DNA of 32,000 bases from Candidatus Jordarchaeales archaeon (GTDB lineage: Archaea; Asgardarchaeota; Jordiarchaeia; Jordiarchaeales; Freyrarchaeaceae), in the NCBI GenBank assembly GCA_038858525.1, contig JAWCFL010000001.1, forward strand, positions 139,172 through 171,171, read 5' to 3'. Below the pieces are notes generated by a model. The model made no database searches and had not been told where the DNA came from. It saw only the letters and a list, made by a program, of their open reading frames with translations. Positions 1 through 8,295 of this stretch are shown here, piece by piece. The first letter of the stretch is position 1; each line of letters begins with the position of its first letter. Position numbers and translations under genes: made by a program.

Positions 1-705
1 ATAGGGGTAAGAGTAGAAGTTCCAGCAACCATAATGGAGCCGATATGCAACGTTCAACGAGACCCGAAATTTCACATTTACACGCATACATTTGACGATT
101 TTGTAAGAACTTTTTGCGTAAATCATCATGGTTATGTCGTAATGGAGGTTTATGACGACCATATAGGAGTTAACGGACATTCTATCCTAACTAAGCCGTC
201 GCCTAACACTAACTTCGCAATATTAGACAGAATAGAGTTAACAGAACCCCTCGAGGACACTACAGCATACGGCAATTCAATTGCACGACAGATAACAATC
301 TTGGGGGGAGGTAAACCGATTGTACAAAAGCTTGGAGACCTTAGAAAGGGAAGGCGATCAACATGGAGCCGCATAAAGCGAGGAGCTGTGACACCTACAC
401 TGAACAACGTTACACCTGGAGATATATCCATGGGGTTGCCCCACAGGATACTTACCAGCATAATCGAAGGAATAGAAATGCTTGACAAAGTAATACCGGG
501 AATAGCGAGTGATTCCACTCTAATCTACGCTCCAGAAATAAAGTACTCCGCTAAGAGAGTAACTACAAATGAAAAGCTGGAAACAAAAGTCGAGGGCTTA
601 TTTGTTGCGGGAGATGGGGCAGGAGTATCTAGAGGTATAGTGGGAGCCGCCGTAACGGGAGTAGTGGCGGCAAGAGGAATACTAGAAAAGGAAGGTGAAA
701 GGTAG
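1..705 (+). CDS. NAD(P)/FAD-dependent oxidoreductase, C-terminal part (5' end outside window)
   Basis: Frame is open from position 1 (IGVRVEVP...). Contains VRTFC, VNGHS, GDLRKGRRS, YAPEIK and the C-terminal FAD motif GLFVAGDGAG. Confidence 0.85.
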   Translation: MGVRVEVPATIMEPICNVQRDPKFHIYTHTFDDFVRTFCVNHHGYVVMEVYDDHIGVNGHSILTKPSPNTNFAILDRIELTEPLEDTTAYGNSIARQITILGGGKPIVQKLGDLRKGRRSTWSRIKRGAVTPTLNNVTPGDISMGLPHRILTSIIEGIEMLDKVIPGIASDSTLIYAPEIKYSAKRVTTNEKLETKVEGLFVAGDGAGVSRGIVGAAVTGVVAARGILEKEGER

Positions 706-870
706 GATTTTAGAAGAAATTTAAGAACGACATTTAAAAAGTAGTTATGATGGCGACTTGTCGGAAAAAGGCAATGTCTTATTTTCTTCTTCTCTCATAA
801 ATTGAGGTCGTGGTATTTAAAAGAAGTATAGAAGAATAAAAGGTGATTTTCTTCGTGATGGTGTGTTCCT

Positions 871-1377
871 TTGAGGTACTGGTTGGTTCCAAGGGAAAAA
901 CTGTTTGTTAGCGCGCTTACATTTACAGGTAAAAACGGGTTCTTTAATCCTTATCTTTTTTCAGAAATATACTTTTTTCTCCATAACCAAGATAGGATTC
1001 ATGAAAAACTTGTAAAAGAGTTATGTGTCAACATACGTTCACCTGACATCTGCAGGGTATGTATAGTCACCCAGTGCTTATGGAGAAATTTCTTCAGGGA
1101 CATCGAGAGGCTGCATGTGGAAAGAGCGCCGCCATGTGTCCGTAATGCGTATTTCGGGAGAAAATTCGAGCTGGTTTTAAGATATTTCAGCTTTGCATTT
1201 CCATCGGGAAAGAAAGTAAAAAAGTTAACGTGCAGAGAAATGATTAGAAGAGGGTTCTGCTCACCTGATAAATTCTGCAAATTTATTGAGAATAAAGAAG
1301 CCACATTTTACCCTTCAGCAAGGCTAAAGGCGAAAATTAGAAGCATAATAACGGAAAAGAGAAATATAAAAATTTAA
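871..1377 (+). CDS. Hypothetical Cys-rich protein; C-terminal half resembles a compact primase large subunit (PriL) Fe-S domain
   Basis: 168-aa ORF with TTG start filling the gap between two genes. Contains APPCVRN ... TCREMIRRGFCSPDKFCKFI and a second Cys cluster CVNIRSPDICRVCIVTQC. Confidence 0.5.
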   Translation: MRYWLVPREKLFVSALTFTGKNGFFNPYLFSEIYFFLHNQDRIHEKLVKELCVNIRSPDICRVCIVTQCLWRNFFRDIERLHVERAPPCVRNAYFGRKFELVLRYFSFAFPSGKKVKKLTCREMIRRGFCSPDKFCKFIENKEATFYPSARLKAKIRSIITEKRNIKI

Positions 1378-1438
1378 AAAGCAAATTTATCCTAAAAGTA
1401 TTGGTTAAAAAATCAACGCGGTCTACCCGGGGGATAAT

Positions 1439-1672
1439 ATGGTTGGAAGAAAAAGAGAGACAATTTTACCATCAGCACCAATGGATAGAATCATAAGGAT
1501 GGCGGGAGCTGAAAGGGTTGCTGACGATGCGGCAGAAGCACTAGGACGCGTATTAGAGGAACTTGGCCTCGAAATAGCACGACTGGCAGATGAATTAGCT
1601 AAGCACGCTGGGAGAAAAACTGTAAAAAAAGAGGATGTAGAACTAGCATATAAAACTTGGAAAAGAAAATAG
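1439..1672 (+). CDS. Archaeal histone (HMf family)
   Basis: LPSAPMDRIIRMAGAERVA...LAKHAGRKTVKKEDVELA matches the HMfA/B histone fold along its whole length. Confidence 0.95.
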   Translation: MVGRKRETILPSAPMDRIIRMAGAERVADDAAEALGRVLEELGLEIARLADELAKHAGRKTVKKEDVELAYKTWKRK

Positions 1673-1678
1673 TAAATG

Positions 1679-1709
1679 AGCCTCTTTCTTTAATAAAAGA
1701 GGCTTCTTT
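1679..1709. terminator. Hairpin between convergent genes, possible bidirectional terminator
   Basis: AGCCTCTTT (1679-1687) pairs with AAAGAGGCT (1696-1704): 9-bp stem, 8-nt loop, followed by TCTTT. Confidence 0.55.
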
Positions 1710-1732
1710 AAATGATTGATTAAGTGTAAGAG

Positions 1733-2422
1733 TTAGCTATATTTTCTTAAAAGGAATTCAAGCATTTCAACGTGAAAGCTATTCGTTTCTAGTTCTTTAT
1801 TTAGCTTTTCTTTTTCCCGCATGTACTCTTCTTTTGTTAATTCGCCAGTCATGTAGCGGGCATATATGAGTTCGGAGTCATTCTTAAGACGTTTAATCCT
1901 TTTTTTAAGCTGCTCAATCCATTTCTCGATTTTTATTACTTGTCTATAATGTTCTTCTTTAAATTGGTCTAGTTTTTCACTGTACTCTTTCTTTAATTTT
2001 TCATAGGTCTCATCGCTAATTTCCCCTTTTTCGCGAAGAGTTTCTAAGCGTTTAATTCTTTTTTCGAGGTTCGCGCGTTCTTCGGCAACTTTCTCTAATG
2101 GGAGAGGTTTAAGTTTCTCTTCAAGAGCTTTGCGTTCTTCCTTTACTAATTTGATTTTCTCTCTGAGTTCCTTCACTCTTAAAGCGTATTCTTCAATGTT
2201 CTTGCCTTCGGATATTTGCTCAGTCAATTTATCGATTTCACTCCTAAGAAACGCTATCTCTCCCGTGACCTCTTCGATCCTTTTTCTTAATCTAAGTTGT
2301 TCAAGGACGTCGCCGGATATTTCCTCTTCAGCATTTTCATGGAGCAGCTCGGCGCCACAAAAAGCGCAGTAACGCCCTTTAGTCACTGTTTTACCGCAGC
2401 TGGGACAGGACAGTTTATCCAT
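1733..2422 (-). CDS. Zinc-ribbon plus CdvA-like coiled-coil protein
   Basis: Likely start ATG 2422. CPSC-x9-CAFC is followed by long heptad coiled coils and two SHOCT-like motifs (EKGEISDETYEKLKKEY; ARYMTGELTKEEY) like those in the CdvA coiled-coil region. Confidence 0.7.
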   Translation of the reverse strand: MDKLSCPSCGKTVTKGRYCAFCGAELLHENAEEEISGDVLEQLRLRKRIEEVTGEIAFLRSEIDKLTEQISEGKNIEEYALRVKELREKIKLVKEERKALEEKLKPLPLEKVAEERANLEKRIKRLETLREKGEISDETYEKLKKEYSEKLDQFKEEHYRQVIKIEKWIEQLKKRIKRLKNDSELIYARYMTGELTKEEYMREKEKLNKELETNSFHVEMLEFLLRKYS

Positions 2423-2522
2423 CTGGACTCCCCAAGTGAGATATAAAGAAAAAGGTCTATTAGAGTTTTCTTGAAAAGGCAACCTCCTGAGACAAATATT
2501 TCCTTCTCGAAAATGAAGTTTT

Positions 2523-2537
2523 AAAAAGTTTTTTATC
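2523..2537 (+). promoter_or_regulatory. Candidate BRE-TATA promoter
   Basis: AAAAAG-TTTTTTATC lies about 60 nt upstream of ATG 2594, the same pattern as upstream of fen and rpl22. Confidence 0.4.
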
Positions 2538-2593
2538 TTGAGTAATGATTTATCTAAATAATGGTGCTATTTTCCCTAAGAGGGTGTTTAGAA

Positions 2594-2917
2594 ATGGCGA
2601 AGGAGGAAAACGTCAAGAAAATGCTTGAAATAGTAGACAAAGCGTGGGGGATTACGCCGTCCACGATAATATATACAGACGACTACGTGTATGTTTTATT
2701 TCCGTTGGATGATAGCAAGGAGAGATGGCAGGAAGTTTCATTCACTATGCCTGAGGGAAGTATTGAAACGAGAGAACTGACAGTCAAAGAGGCTCTCATA
2801 TATCTTATGGAGGAGATAACAAAGGGTTTGCCGAACTATGTTGAACTGCCAATAGTAACCGAAATCGAGGACCTCGATGTGGTTAAAGAAAAAGTAAAAG
2901 GCATACTGCAACGGTGA
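2594..2917 (+). CDS. Hypothetical acidic protein (~107 aa)
   Basis: ORF 2561-2917; likely start ATG 2594 after AGGGTG. Globular alpha/beta-like composition, family not recognised. Confidence 0.7.
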   Translation: MAKEENVKKMLEIVDKAWGITPSTIIYTDDYVYVLFPLDDSKERWQEVSFTMPEGSIETRELTVKEALIYLMEEITKGLPNYVELPIVTEIEDLDVVKEKVKGILQR

Positions 2918-2922
2918 CTACT

Positions 2923-3840
2923 CTATTCCTCATTTTCTTTTACAATTTTAGTTTTTTGCAGATTCCTTGAGATGAGACCTGTCAGCATACTGAAATCCAT
3001 GGGTATAAATAAGCGCGAAGTGTCGCTTCCCCCGATGTCTTCAAGAGCTTTAAGGTAGTAGAGAAGTAAAGTGTTATCGTCCATTTCCTTTGCGCTTTCA
3101 AATATTCTTTCTAATGCTGCAGCTTTTCCTTCGGCTTCAAGGATAATGGCGGCTCTCTCTCCCTCAGCTTCCATTACCCAAGCTTCACGTTCTCCTTCGG
3201 CTTTAAGTACCTCGCTTCGAGCTTCTCCCTCAGCGACTTTTATTGTTGCTTCTCGTCTGCCTTCCGCTTCAGTGACCATGGCTCTGCGTTCCCTTTCAGC
3301 TTCTATCTGCTTCACCATGGCGTCTTGAACCTTCTTGGGCGGAATTACCTCCCTTAATTCGACGGAGGTCACTTTGACCCCCCATCGCTCTGTTATCTCG
3401 TCAAGTTTATCCCTAAGAACCGTATTGATGTATTCTCTTTTGGCGAGAAGGTCGTCCAGTACGATGTCGCCTATAACGGACCTAAGAGTTGTTTGAGCAA
3501 TCCCGAAAGTTGCCCCCCGGAAGTCTCTAACCTTAACGACCGAGTCTTCGGGATTCACAACGCGGTAATAAATTAGGACATCCACGTCTACTGGGGCATT
3601 ATCCTTTGTAATGCAACGCTGACCCTTTACCTCGATGAAGGCCTCTCTTAGATCCACTTTAACGATTCTGTCAATTATTGGAATTAAGATGACTATGCCG
3701 GGACCCTTAGCACCTATAAGGCGGCCAAGCCTAAAGACAGCAGCTCGCTCGTACTCGTTAAGTATCTTAATATTAGGCAAAATCAAGAGGAGAAACAGAA
3801 GAACAGCAATGAATGCAAAGACAAGCAATCCTTCATCCAT
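2923..3840 (-). CDS. SPFH/band 7 (stomatin-like) membrane protein
   Basis: N-terminal TM helix, then EYERAAVFRLGR, GPGIVILIPIID, ITKDNAPVDVD, WGVKVTSVELREV and an AEAE/AEGE-rich coiled coil. Confidence 0.95.
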   Translation of the reverse strand: MDEGLLVFAFIAVLLFLLLILPNIKILNEYERAAVFRLGRLIGAKGPGIVILIPIIDRIVKVDLREAFIEVKGQRCITKDNAPVDVDVLIYYRVVNPEDSVVKVRDFRGATFGIAQTTLRSVIGDIVLDDLLAKREYINTVLRDKLDEITERWGVKVTSVELREVIPPKKVQDAMVKQIEAERERRAMVTEAEGRREATIKVAEGEARSEVLKAEGEREAWVMEAEGERAAIILEAEGKAAALERIFESAKEMDDNTLLLYYLKALEDIGGSDTSRLFIPMDFSMLTGLISRNLQKTKIVKENEE

Positions 3841-4034
3841 ATAGAGTCACGCCCATTTCCCCCAATATCAGGTGTATAACGTGCGAAGGAAGGAAATAAA
3901 GATTTTTGATGAAGCAAGCCGAAATTCTCCGACAAAGATAAATTAGGAGCAACTACTATCTAAACTCATGGATTATTCTTGGTGATTTTTAACTTAGTAA
4001 GGCGCATAATAACTCTGGGTTTGGAGGCAGGAGG

Positions 4035-4295
4035 ATGCAAAATTCGGAGTACAGTATACCGATAAAGAACGCGATATTAAGTATCCTTAGAAAAAGGCAA
4101 GGATTAATAATAGATAAGGAACTTTTCAGCATGCTTCAAAAAATCTTCGATGAAATTTCTTTAAAGGACATGAATCGCGCCTTAATGCAGCTTGAAATCG
4201 AGGGATTAATACACGTCTCCCAGATTGCAAAGAACAGAAGAAGCGTTGAGTTGATGAAGCCAGGACAGGAATTCCTTGCAGTAGGGGAAGACTGA
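4035..4295 (+). CDS. Small winged-helix protein
   Basis: 86 aa with strong RBS GGAGG. Helix-helix-helix-wing pattern ...MNRALMQLEIEGLIHV. Confidence 0.75.
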   Translation: MQNSEYSIPIKNAILSILRKRQGLIIDKELFSMLQKIFDEISLKDMNRALMQLEIEGLIHVSQIAKNRRSVELMKPGQEFLAVGED

Positions 4296-4365
4296 AAAGC
4301 GAAATTAATACCAAAGATGCAGGTAAACCTTCATCGCCAAATTTTAGGTTAAAATATCGTAATAC

Positions 4366-4380
4366 GGAAAGGTTTTTAGT
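4366..4380 (+). promoter_or_regulatory. BRE-TATA promoter of fen
   Basis: GGAAAGG-TTTTTAGT about 55 nt upstream of ATG 4432, with RBS GGAGG just before the start. Confidence 0.5.
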
Positions 4381-4431
4381 TTACATAAATTAAAGAAATA
4401 CCAAAATTGGAGGATTGGTGCGGGAGGAGTT

Positions 4432-5454
4432 ATGGGGGTAAATTTGAAAGAGCTGGTTATTGCACAGCAAGTCTCAATTAAGGAGCTTTCAGGCAAAGTT
4501 ATAGCTATAGATGCTATGAACGCCCTTTATCAGTTCTTAGCGACGATAAGGCAGCCGGATGGAACCAGCCTCATGGATAGGACGGGGAGAGTAACTTCGC
4601 ATCTTAGTGGCTTATTTTATCGAACAATTAACTTTCTAGAGGAAGGAATAAAGCCTGTCTATGTCTTCGACGGGAAGCCCCCAGCTCTAAAGATGAAGAC
4701 AGTAGATGAAAGGAGAAAGCTGAGGGAGGAAGCTAAGGAGAAGTGGGAGGAGGCTTTGGCGAGAGGAGAAATTGAGGAAGCAAGAAAATTTGCGCAGGCG
4801 GCGTCCTTCATAACTGATGAGATGATAAGTGAAAGTAAGGAGCTATTAGAGGCGCTTGGAGTACCGTATGTTCAAGCACCCTCAGAGGGGGAAGCGCAGG
4901 CAGCTTACATGGTTAAAAAAGGAGACGCTTGGTGTACCGCTAGCCAAGACTACGATTCCCTTTTGTTTGGCGCGCCACGGCTTATAAGGAATTTGGCAAT
5001 TAGTGGAAGGAGGAAGCTTCCTGGAAAGAAGGAATACGTGAAAGTTGAGCCAGAACTGATAAGCTTGGAGGATGTCTTAAGGATACATGGAATAACACGG
5101 GAGCAGCTTGTAGCTATAGGAATCCTCCTGGGTACAGATTATAATGAAGGAGTGAAGGGTGTAGGCGTTAAAACAGCTCTAAAACTAATTAAAGAACACG
5201 GATCCTTAAAAGAGATAATCAAGGTTAAAGGTTACGTCTTCGAGGCTTCTGTTGAAGAAGTGGAAAAGATCTTTTTGGAGCCGGAGGTCACCGATAATTA
5301 TACGTTAAGCTGGCGTCCCCCGAAAAGGGAAAAGATCTTCAAGATACTTTGCGACGAACACGACTTCTCGCAGGAGAGAGTCTCTAAAGCGTTGGACAGA
5401 GTTGAGGCGACGAGAAAAGAGACGAAGCAAACAAGCATAGAGAGATTCTTTTAA
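4432..5454 (+). CDS. fen: Flap endonuclease 1
   Basis: [56 protein letters not shown] and C-terminal PIP box QTSIERFF. Confidence 0.98.
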   Translation: MGVNLKELVIAQQVSIKELSGKVIAIDAMNALYQFLATIRQPDGTSLMDRTGRVTSHLSGLFYRTINFLEEGIKPVYVFDGKPPALKMKTVDERRKLREEAKEKWEEALARGEIEEARKFAQAASFITDEMISESKELLEALGVPYVQAPSEGEAQAAYMVKKGDAWCTASQDYDSLLFGAPRLIRNLAISGRRKLPGKKEYVKVEPELISLEDVLRIHGITREQLVAIGILLGTDYNEGVKGVGVKTALKLIKEHGSLKEIIKVKGYVFEASVEEVEKIFLEPEVTDNYTLSWRPPKREKIFKILCDEHDFSQERVSKALDRVEATRKETKQTSIERFF

Positions 5455-6171
5455 CCGAGAGATTGATGTTCCCATCCGTAGCGTCCTACGAGAGGGACGA
5501 AGGCTACCGGGCCATAGTTTCTTTTCTTAACTTTGCCTTCCTCGTCCTTCTCAACCAAAACAAGTACCTGATTGTAGTAAAATTGGCCGACGGGTATCAC
5601 CATGCGTCCATTTGGCGCTAACTGAATAAGGAGGGGCTCAGGAATAGATGGGCCGGCGGCGGTCACTAGTATAGCATTGTAAGGTGCCTCTGGAGGATAT
5701 CCAAGAGTGCCATCACCCAGAATAACTGTCACCCTGTCTCCGTAGCCGGTTTTCTCCAAATTACGTTTAGCAAATTCGACCAGTTCTTCTAATCGTTCTA
5801 TCGTATATACATGACCACGTTTCCCTCCTTCGGGAGCGACTATTTCGGCGCATAACGCAGCGTGATAACCCGACCCTGCCCCAACCTCGAGAACCTTCAT
5901 TCCCTCACGTAGCTTTAGAAGGTCACACATGAGAACGCACATATTTCGCCTAGAGAAGTTAATAAGCTTCTCTATGTGGCGCAGATATGGTCTGTCCTCC
6001 CGGTATGGGGAGAGGGCGATCATCATAAGCAGAGTCTCTTAACTCGTCAGGAACGAAATCCTCTCTAGGAACCTTCATGAACGCTCTAATTACAGCTTCG
6101 TCCTTAACAAAGCCTTCTAATTTAAGCCGCTCTATAAGGGCTTTCTTTTTCTCCAAAAGAGATTCATTCAA
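5451..6171 (-). CDS. pcm: Protein-L-isoaspartate O-methyltransferase, two exons (6171-5976 and 5944-5451), 229 aa after splicing
   Basis: N-terminal ORF (VPREDFVP...[17 protein letters not shown]) and C-terminal ORF ([43 protein letters not shown]) join in frame when 5945-5975 is removed. Confidence 0.93.
5945..5975 (-). other. 31-nt BHB intron in pcm mRNA
   Basis: Minus strand CGCC AC^A TAGAGAAG CTTATTAA CTTCTCTA GGCG AA^A: 4-bp central helix CGCC/GGCG, two 3-nt bulges and an 8-bp intron helix. Contains an in-frame TAA. Confidence 0.9.
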
Positions 6172-6252
6172 TACTCACTCTCTCCCTTTTTTGTTTTTTA
6201 TCATAATTTATTTCTGTGGTCAGCATTTCTTTAAAATTGTGGAGGAAGGGAA

Positions 6253-6681
6253 ATGATAAGAGTTGTGGAAAGGCTGACTGCTAAAGGACATGTGAACATT
6301 TCAGCAAAACATAGAACAACATTGGAGGTCACCGTAGATCATGAGGTCACTCCAAGAGGTGACTGCATAGTGGCAGTCTCCTCCAGTAAGGGAGCGGCCT
6401 CGTTAAGCCCAGTATTTAAGAAAGTAGCCGGAAGCGACGACTCTGTTATACGTATGATAATAGAGTGCGGCGGGATTGTGGAGGAGGTCATGGGATTTGG
6501 AAGTAGTAGTTTGACTTTTACAAATCCCAGAGATCTAGTTGTGCGGAAGAGTAATTTTTGCTGTGGAAGAACAGTGATGATTAAGGCGAACAAAGCTGCT
6601 GCAGATCTGGACAGGCGAATAGTGGAGCAACTCAAAAAGCCACAGCCAGTAGAAATAGTATTAATAGCGGAGAAAAGTTAA
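6253..6681 (+). CDS. DUF371-family protein
   Basis: AKGHVNISAKHRTTLEVT, TPRGDCIVAV, VVRKSNF, IKANKAAADLDR. Confidence 0.9.
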   Translation: MIRVVERLTAKGHVNISAKHRTTLEVTVDHEVTPRGDCIVAVSSSKGAASLSPVFKKVAGSDDSVIRMIIECGGIVEEVMGFGSSSLTFTNPRDLVVRKSNFCCGRTVMIKANKAAADLDRRIVEQLKKPQPVEIVLIAEKS

Positions 6682-6697
6682 TTATACGTCCCCCCGT

Positions 6698-7801
6698 TTA
6701 GGGGACAATTAGCGCATCCACCGCCACCTGCCACTCTCTAGGCGCTGTGGAGCGAACCCTCCTAACGTTCAAAATACTTATGGATGTAACTCCTGAATTT
6801 TTAAGCCGCTCCGTAAGTAGCTCAACAACACTATTGCACGCGGCTTCACCCCTACCAAATTGATAATAATGTATGATGCCTCCACTTTCCTTTAGAGCTG
6901 AGCACGCAACATCAATGAATTCATACGCTAAACTAGGAAAATTCATTATTACATGATCGGCTATTCTTCTCAAGTGACTTTTAACCACTTCTCTGCAGTC
7001 TCCTAGGTAAGGATGAACCGAGCCAGACACCTTGTTAAGTTTAATGTTCTCCTTGAGAAGCTGAATGGCAAAAGGATTAATGTCTATAGCATGTACAATT
7101 CCCCTTTTCTTCTTAGCAATCAGAATGGCGAAGGGTCCTACTCCGGCAAATAGATCAACGACAACTTCTCCTGGTTTAACTTGGTTAGCCACCTTAATCC
7201 GTTCTCCAGATAGCCGTGGGCTAAAATAGGTGCCAGCCACATCAACCATGAAGACGCAGCCATTTTCCCTATGAAGAGTTATTGTCCGCTCCTCGCCAGC
7301 AACGTGAACTAAACGTCTAACCCTGTAAATTCCATCCACACGTCCCCCCTTAGCGAATACAACTTTCACGTGGCGGTTCGCCCTTAAAACCGCCTCACCA
7401 ATCACACCCCTAAAATCCCATATCTCAGGACTTAACTCCAGAATGGCTATGTCACCAATAACATCAAAAGACCGAGGAATAAATTTGTGAAGGTTCTCAG
7501 GCAATGCCCCTTTAAGCAAGTCAATAAAACCAGCCATTTTCTCAATAACAACGAAGGAGTAAAAACAAAAATGAAGAAGGCCAGCTACGCCCCTTATCCG
7601 TTCTAGTTCTATTACAGAAAGAGGGCGAGAGAGAGGGAAGAGAACTAGCTCTGGGCGCCCGTCCAACATGGCCGGAAGAAGACCGGTGTTAACCTTCTCA
7701 ACTTTAAGCCTGCGATCCAAAATACCAAATTTTATCAGCATATGACGAACACTCTCGGCAGTAGAGGAGCAAACAGCAACACAAAAAGAGAGGCGCCTCA
7801 T
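6698..7801 (-). CDS. trm5: tRNA m1G37 methyltransferase, Trm5/Taw2 family
   Basis: PRSFDVIGDIAI, YFSPRLSGER, VVDLFAGVGPFAI, IDINP, IMNFP. Start moved to ATG 7801 because the ORF-track start overlaps the tRNA. Confidence 0.9.
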   Translation of the reverse strand: MRRLSFCVAVCSSTAESVRHMLIKFGILDRRLKVEKVNTGLLPAMLDGRPELVLFPLSRPLSVIELERIRGVAGLLHFCFYSFVVIEKMAGFIDLLKGALPENLHKFIPRSFDVIGDIAILELSPEIWDFRGVIGEAVLRANRHVKVVFAKGGRVDGIYRVRRLVHVAGEERTITLHRENGCVFMVDVAGTYFSPRLSGERIKVANQVKPGEVVVDLFAGVGPFAILIAKKKRGIVHAIDINPFAIQLLKENIKLNKVSGSVHPYLGDCREVVKSHLRRIADHVIMNFPSLAYEFIDVACSALKESGGIIHYYQFGRGEAACNSVVELLTERLKNSGVTSISILNVRRVRSTAPREWQVAVDALIVP

Positions 7802-7858
7802 AAGCGTCACTCCAAGCTTGATTAAGAAGAAGCAATGGCGGGCCGCGTGGGATTCGAA

Positions 7859-7888
7859 GTCGCGGAGCACGGTTAAACCCGAAGCCCA
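7859..7888 (-). other. 30-nt tRNA intron at position 53/54 (T arm)
   Basis: Central helix CGTG/CGCG, bulges GG^T and AC^T, intron helix GGGC/GCTC; no outer exon helix (relaxed BHB). Confidence 0.88.
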
Positions 7889-7919
7889 CCCACGACCACC
7901 GGGTTAAGAGCCCGGCGCT

Positions 7920-7941
7920 ATAGGCTACATCCGACTCTGAT
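7920..7941 (-). other. 22-nt tRNA intron at position 22/23 (D arm)
   Basis: Central helix AGGT/GCCT with bulges AG^A and AT^A in BHB register; flanking helices are weak. Confidence 0.82.
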
Positions 7942-7995
7942 CTACCTAGCTAAGCTAGCGGCCCGTAACCGTGAAAGGAGAACGAATACCGACGT

Positions 7996-8008
7996 AATAA
8001 ATTTTTTG
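7996..8008 (-). promoter_or_regulatory. Candidate BRE-TATA for the tRNA-Lys (possibly tRNA-trm5) transcript
   Basis: Minus strand AAAAAA-TTTATTA 32-44 nt upstream of tRNA position 1. Confidence 0.45.
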
Positions 8009-8295
8009 ATGCTCAATTAATCCAAACATGAAACTAACAAAGCCCTAAAGAAACACAAACAATCTAAAGCACATGAACATCTTTCTCTTAAGATAAGATT
8101 TAAAGAGGAGACTTTAGACCCATCCTCTGAAGAAAGGAGGGAGATGGAAATATAAGTATTTAACCAAATAGTTTTTAATAAAACGTGATGAACTTGCTAA
8201 ATTGGCGGTTTTACCGATTAAAGGAATAGGTTAACGATGAAGCTCTAAATTTTACCTTGAGAGAGCTGCATATTTAAAGGGCAAGGTGATGAAGG

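Larger units (their letters stand above)
7836..7964 (-). tRNA. tRNA-Lys(CTT) with two non-canonical introns and encoded CCA; mature length 77 nt
   Basis: Acceptor GGGCCGC/GCGGCCC, D stem GCTT/GAGC, anticodon arm CCGGG-CTCTTAA-CCCGG, T arm GTGGG-TTCGAAT-CCCAC, discriminator G, then CCA. The cloverleaf forms only after removing 7920-7941 and 7859-7888. Confidence 0.95.

Noticed and set aside
5451-6171. pcm as a frameshifted pseudogene or sequencing error
   Set aside because: The interruption is a discrete 31-nt structured insert rather than a 1-2-nt indel. Both halves are intact, and BHB-predicted excision restores the motif exactly.
7665-7690. Bulge-helix-loop-like fold inside trm5 (AACA CCGG TCTTCTT CCGG CCA TGTT, minus strand) in a region that looks like a short insertion
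   Set aside because: Excision at the predicted sites would remove 11 nt and break a frame that is already open, so there is no support for splicing.
7802-7870. ORF-track N-terminal extension of trm5 and the 61-aa ORF 7704-7889
   Set aside because: Both overlap the tRNA-Lys gene and are read-through of non-coding sequence.
8185-8260. Possible box C/D sRNA (GTGATGA...CCGA...CGATGA...CTTGA) upstream of infB
   Set aside because: The D box is not CTGA, the spacing is too long for a typical archaeal guide, and no terminal stem is present.
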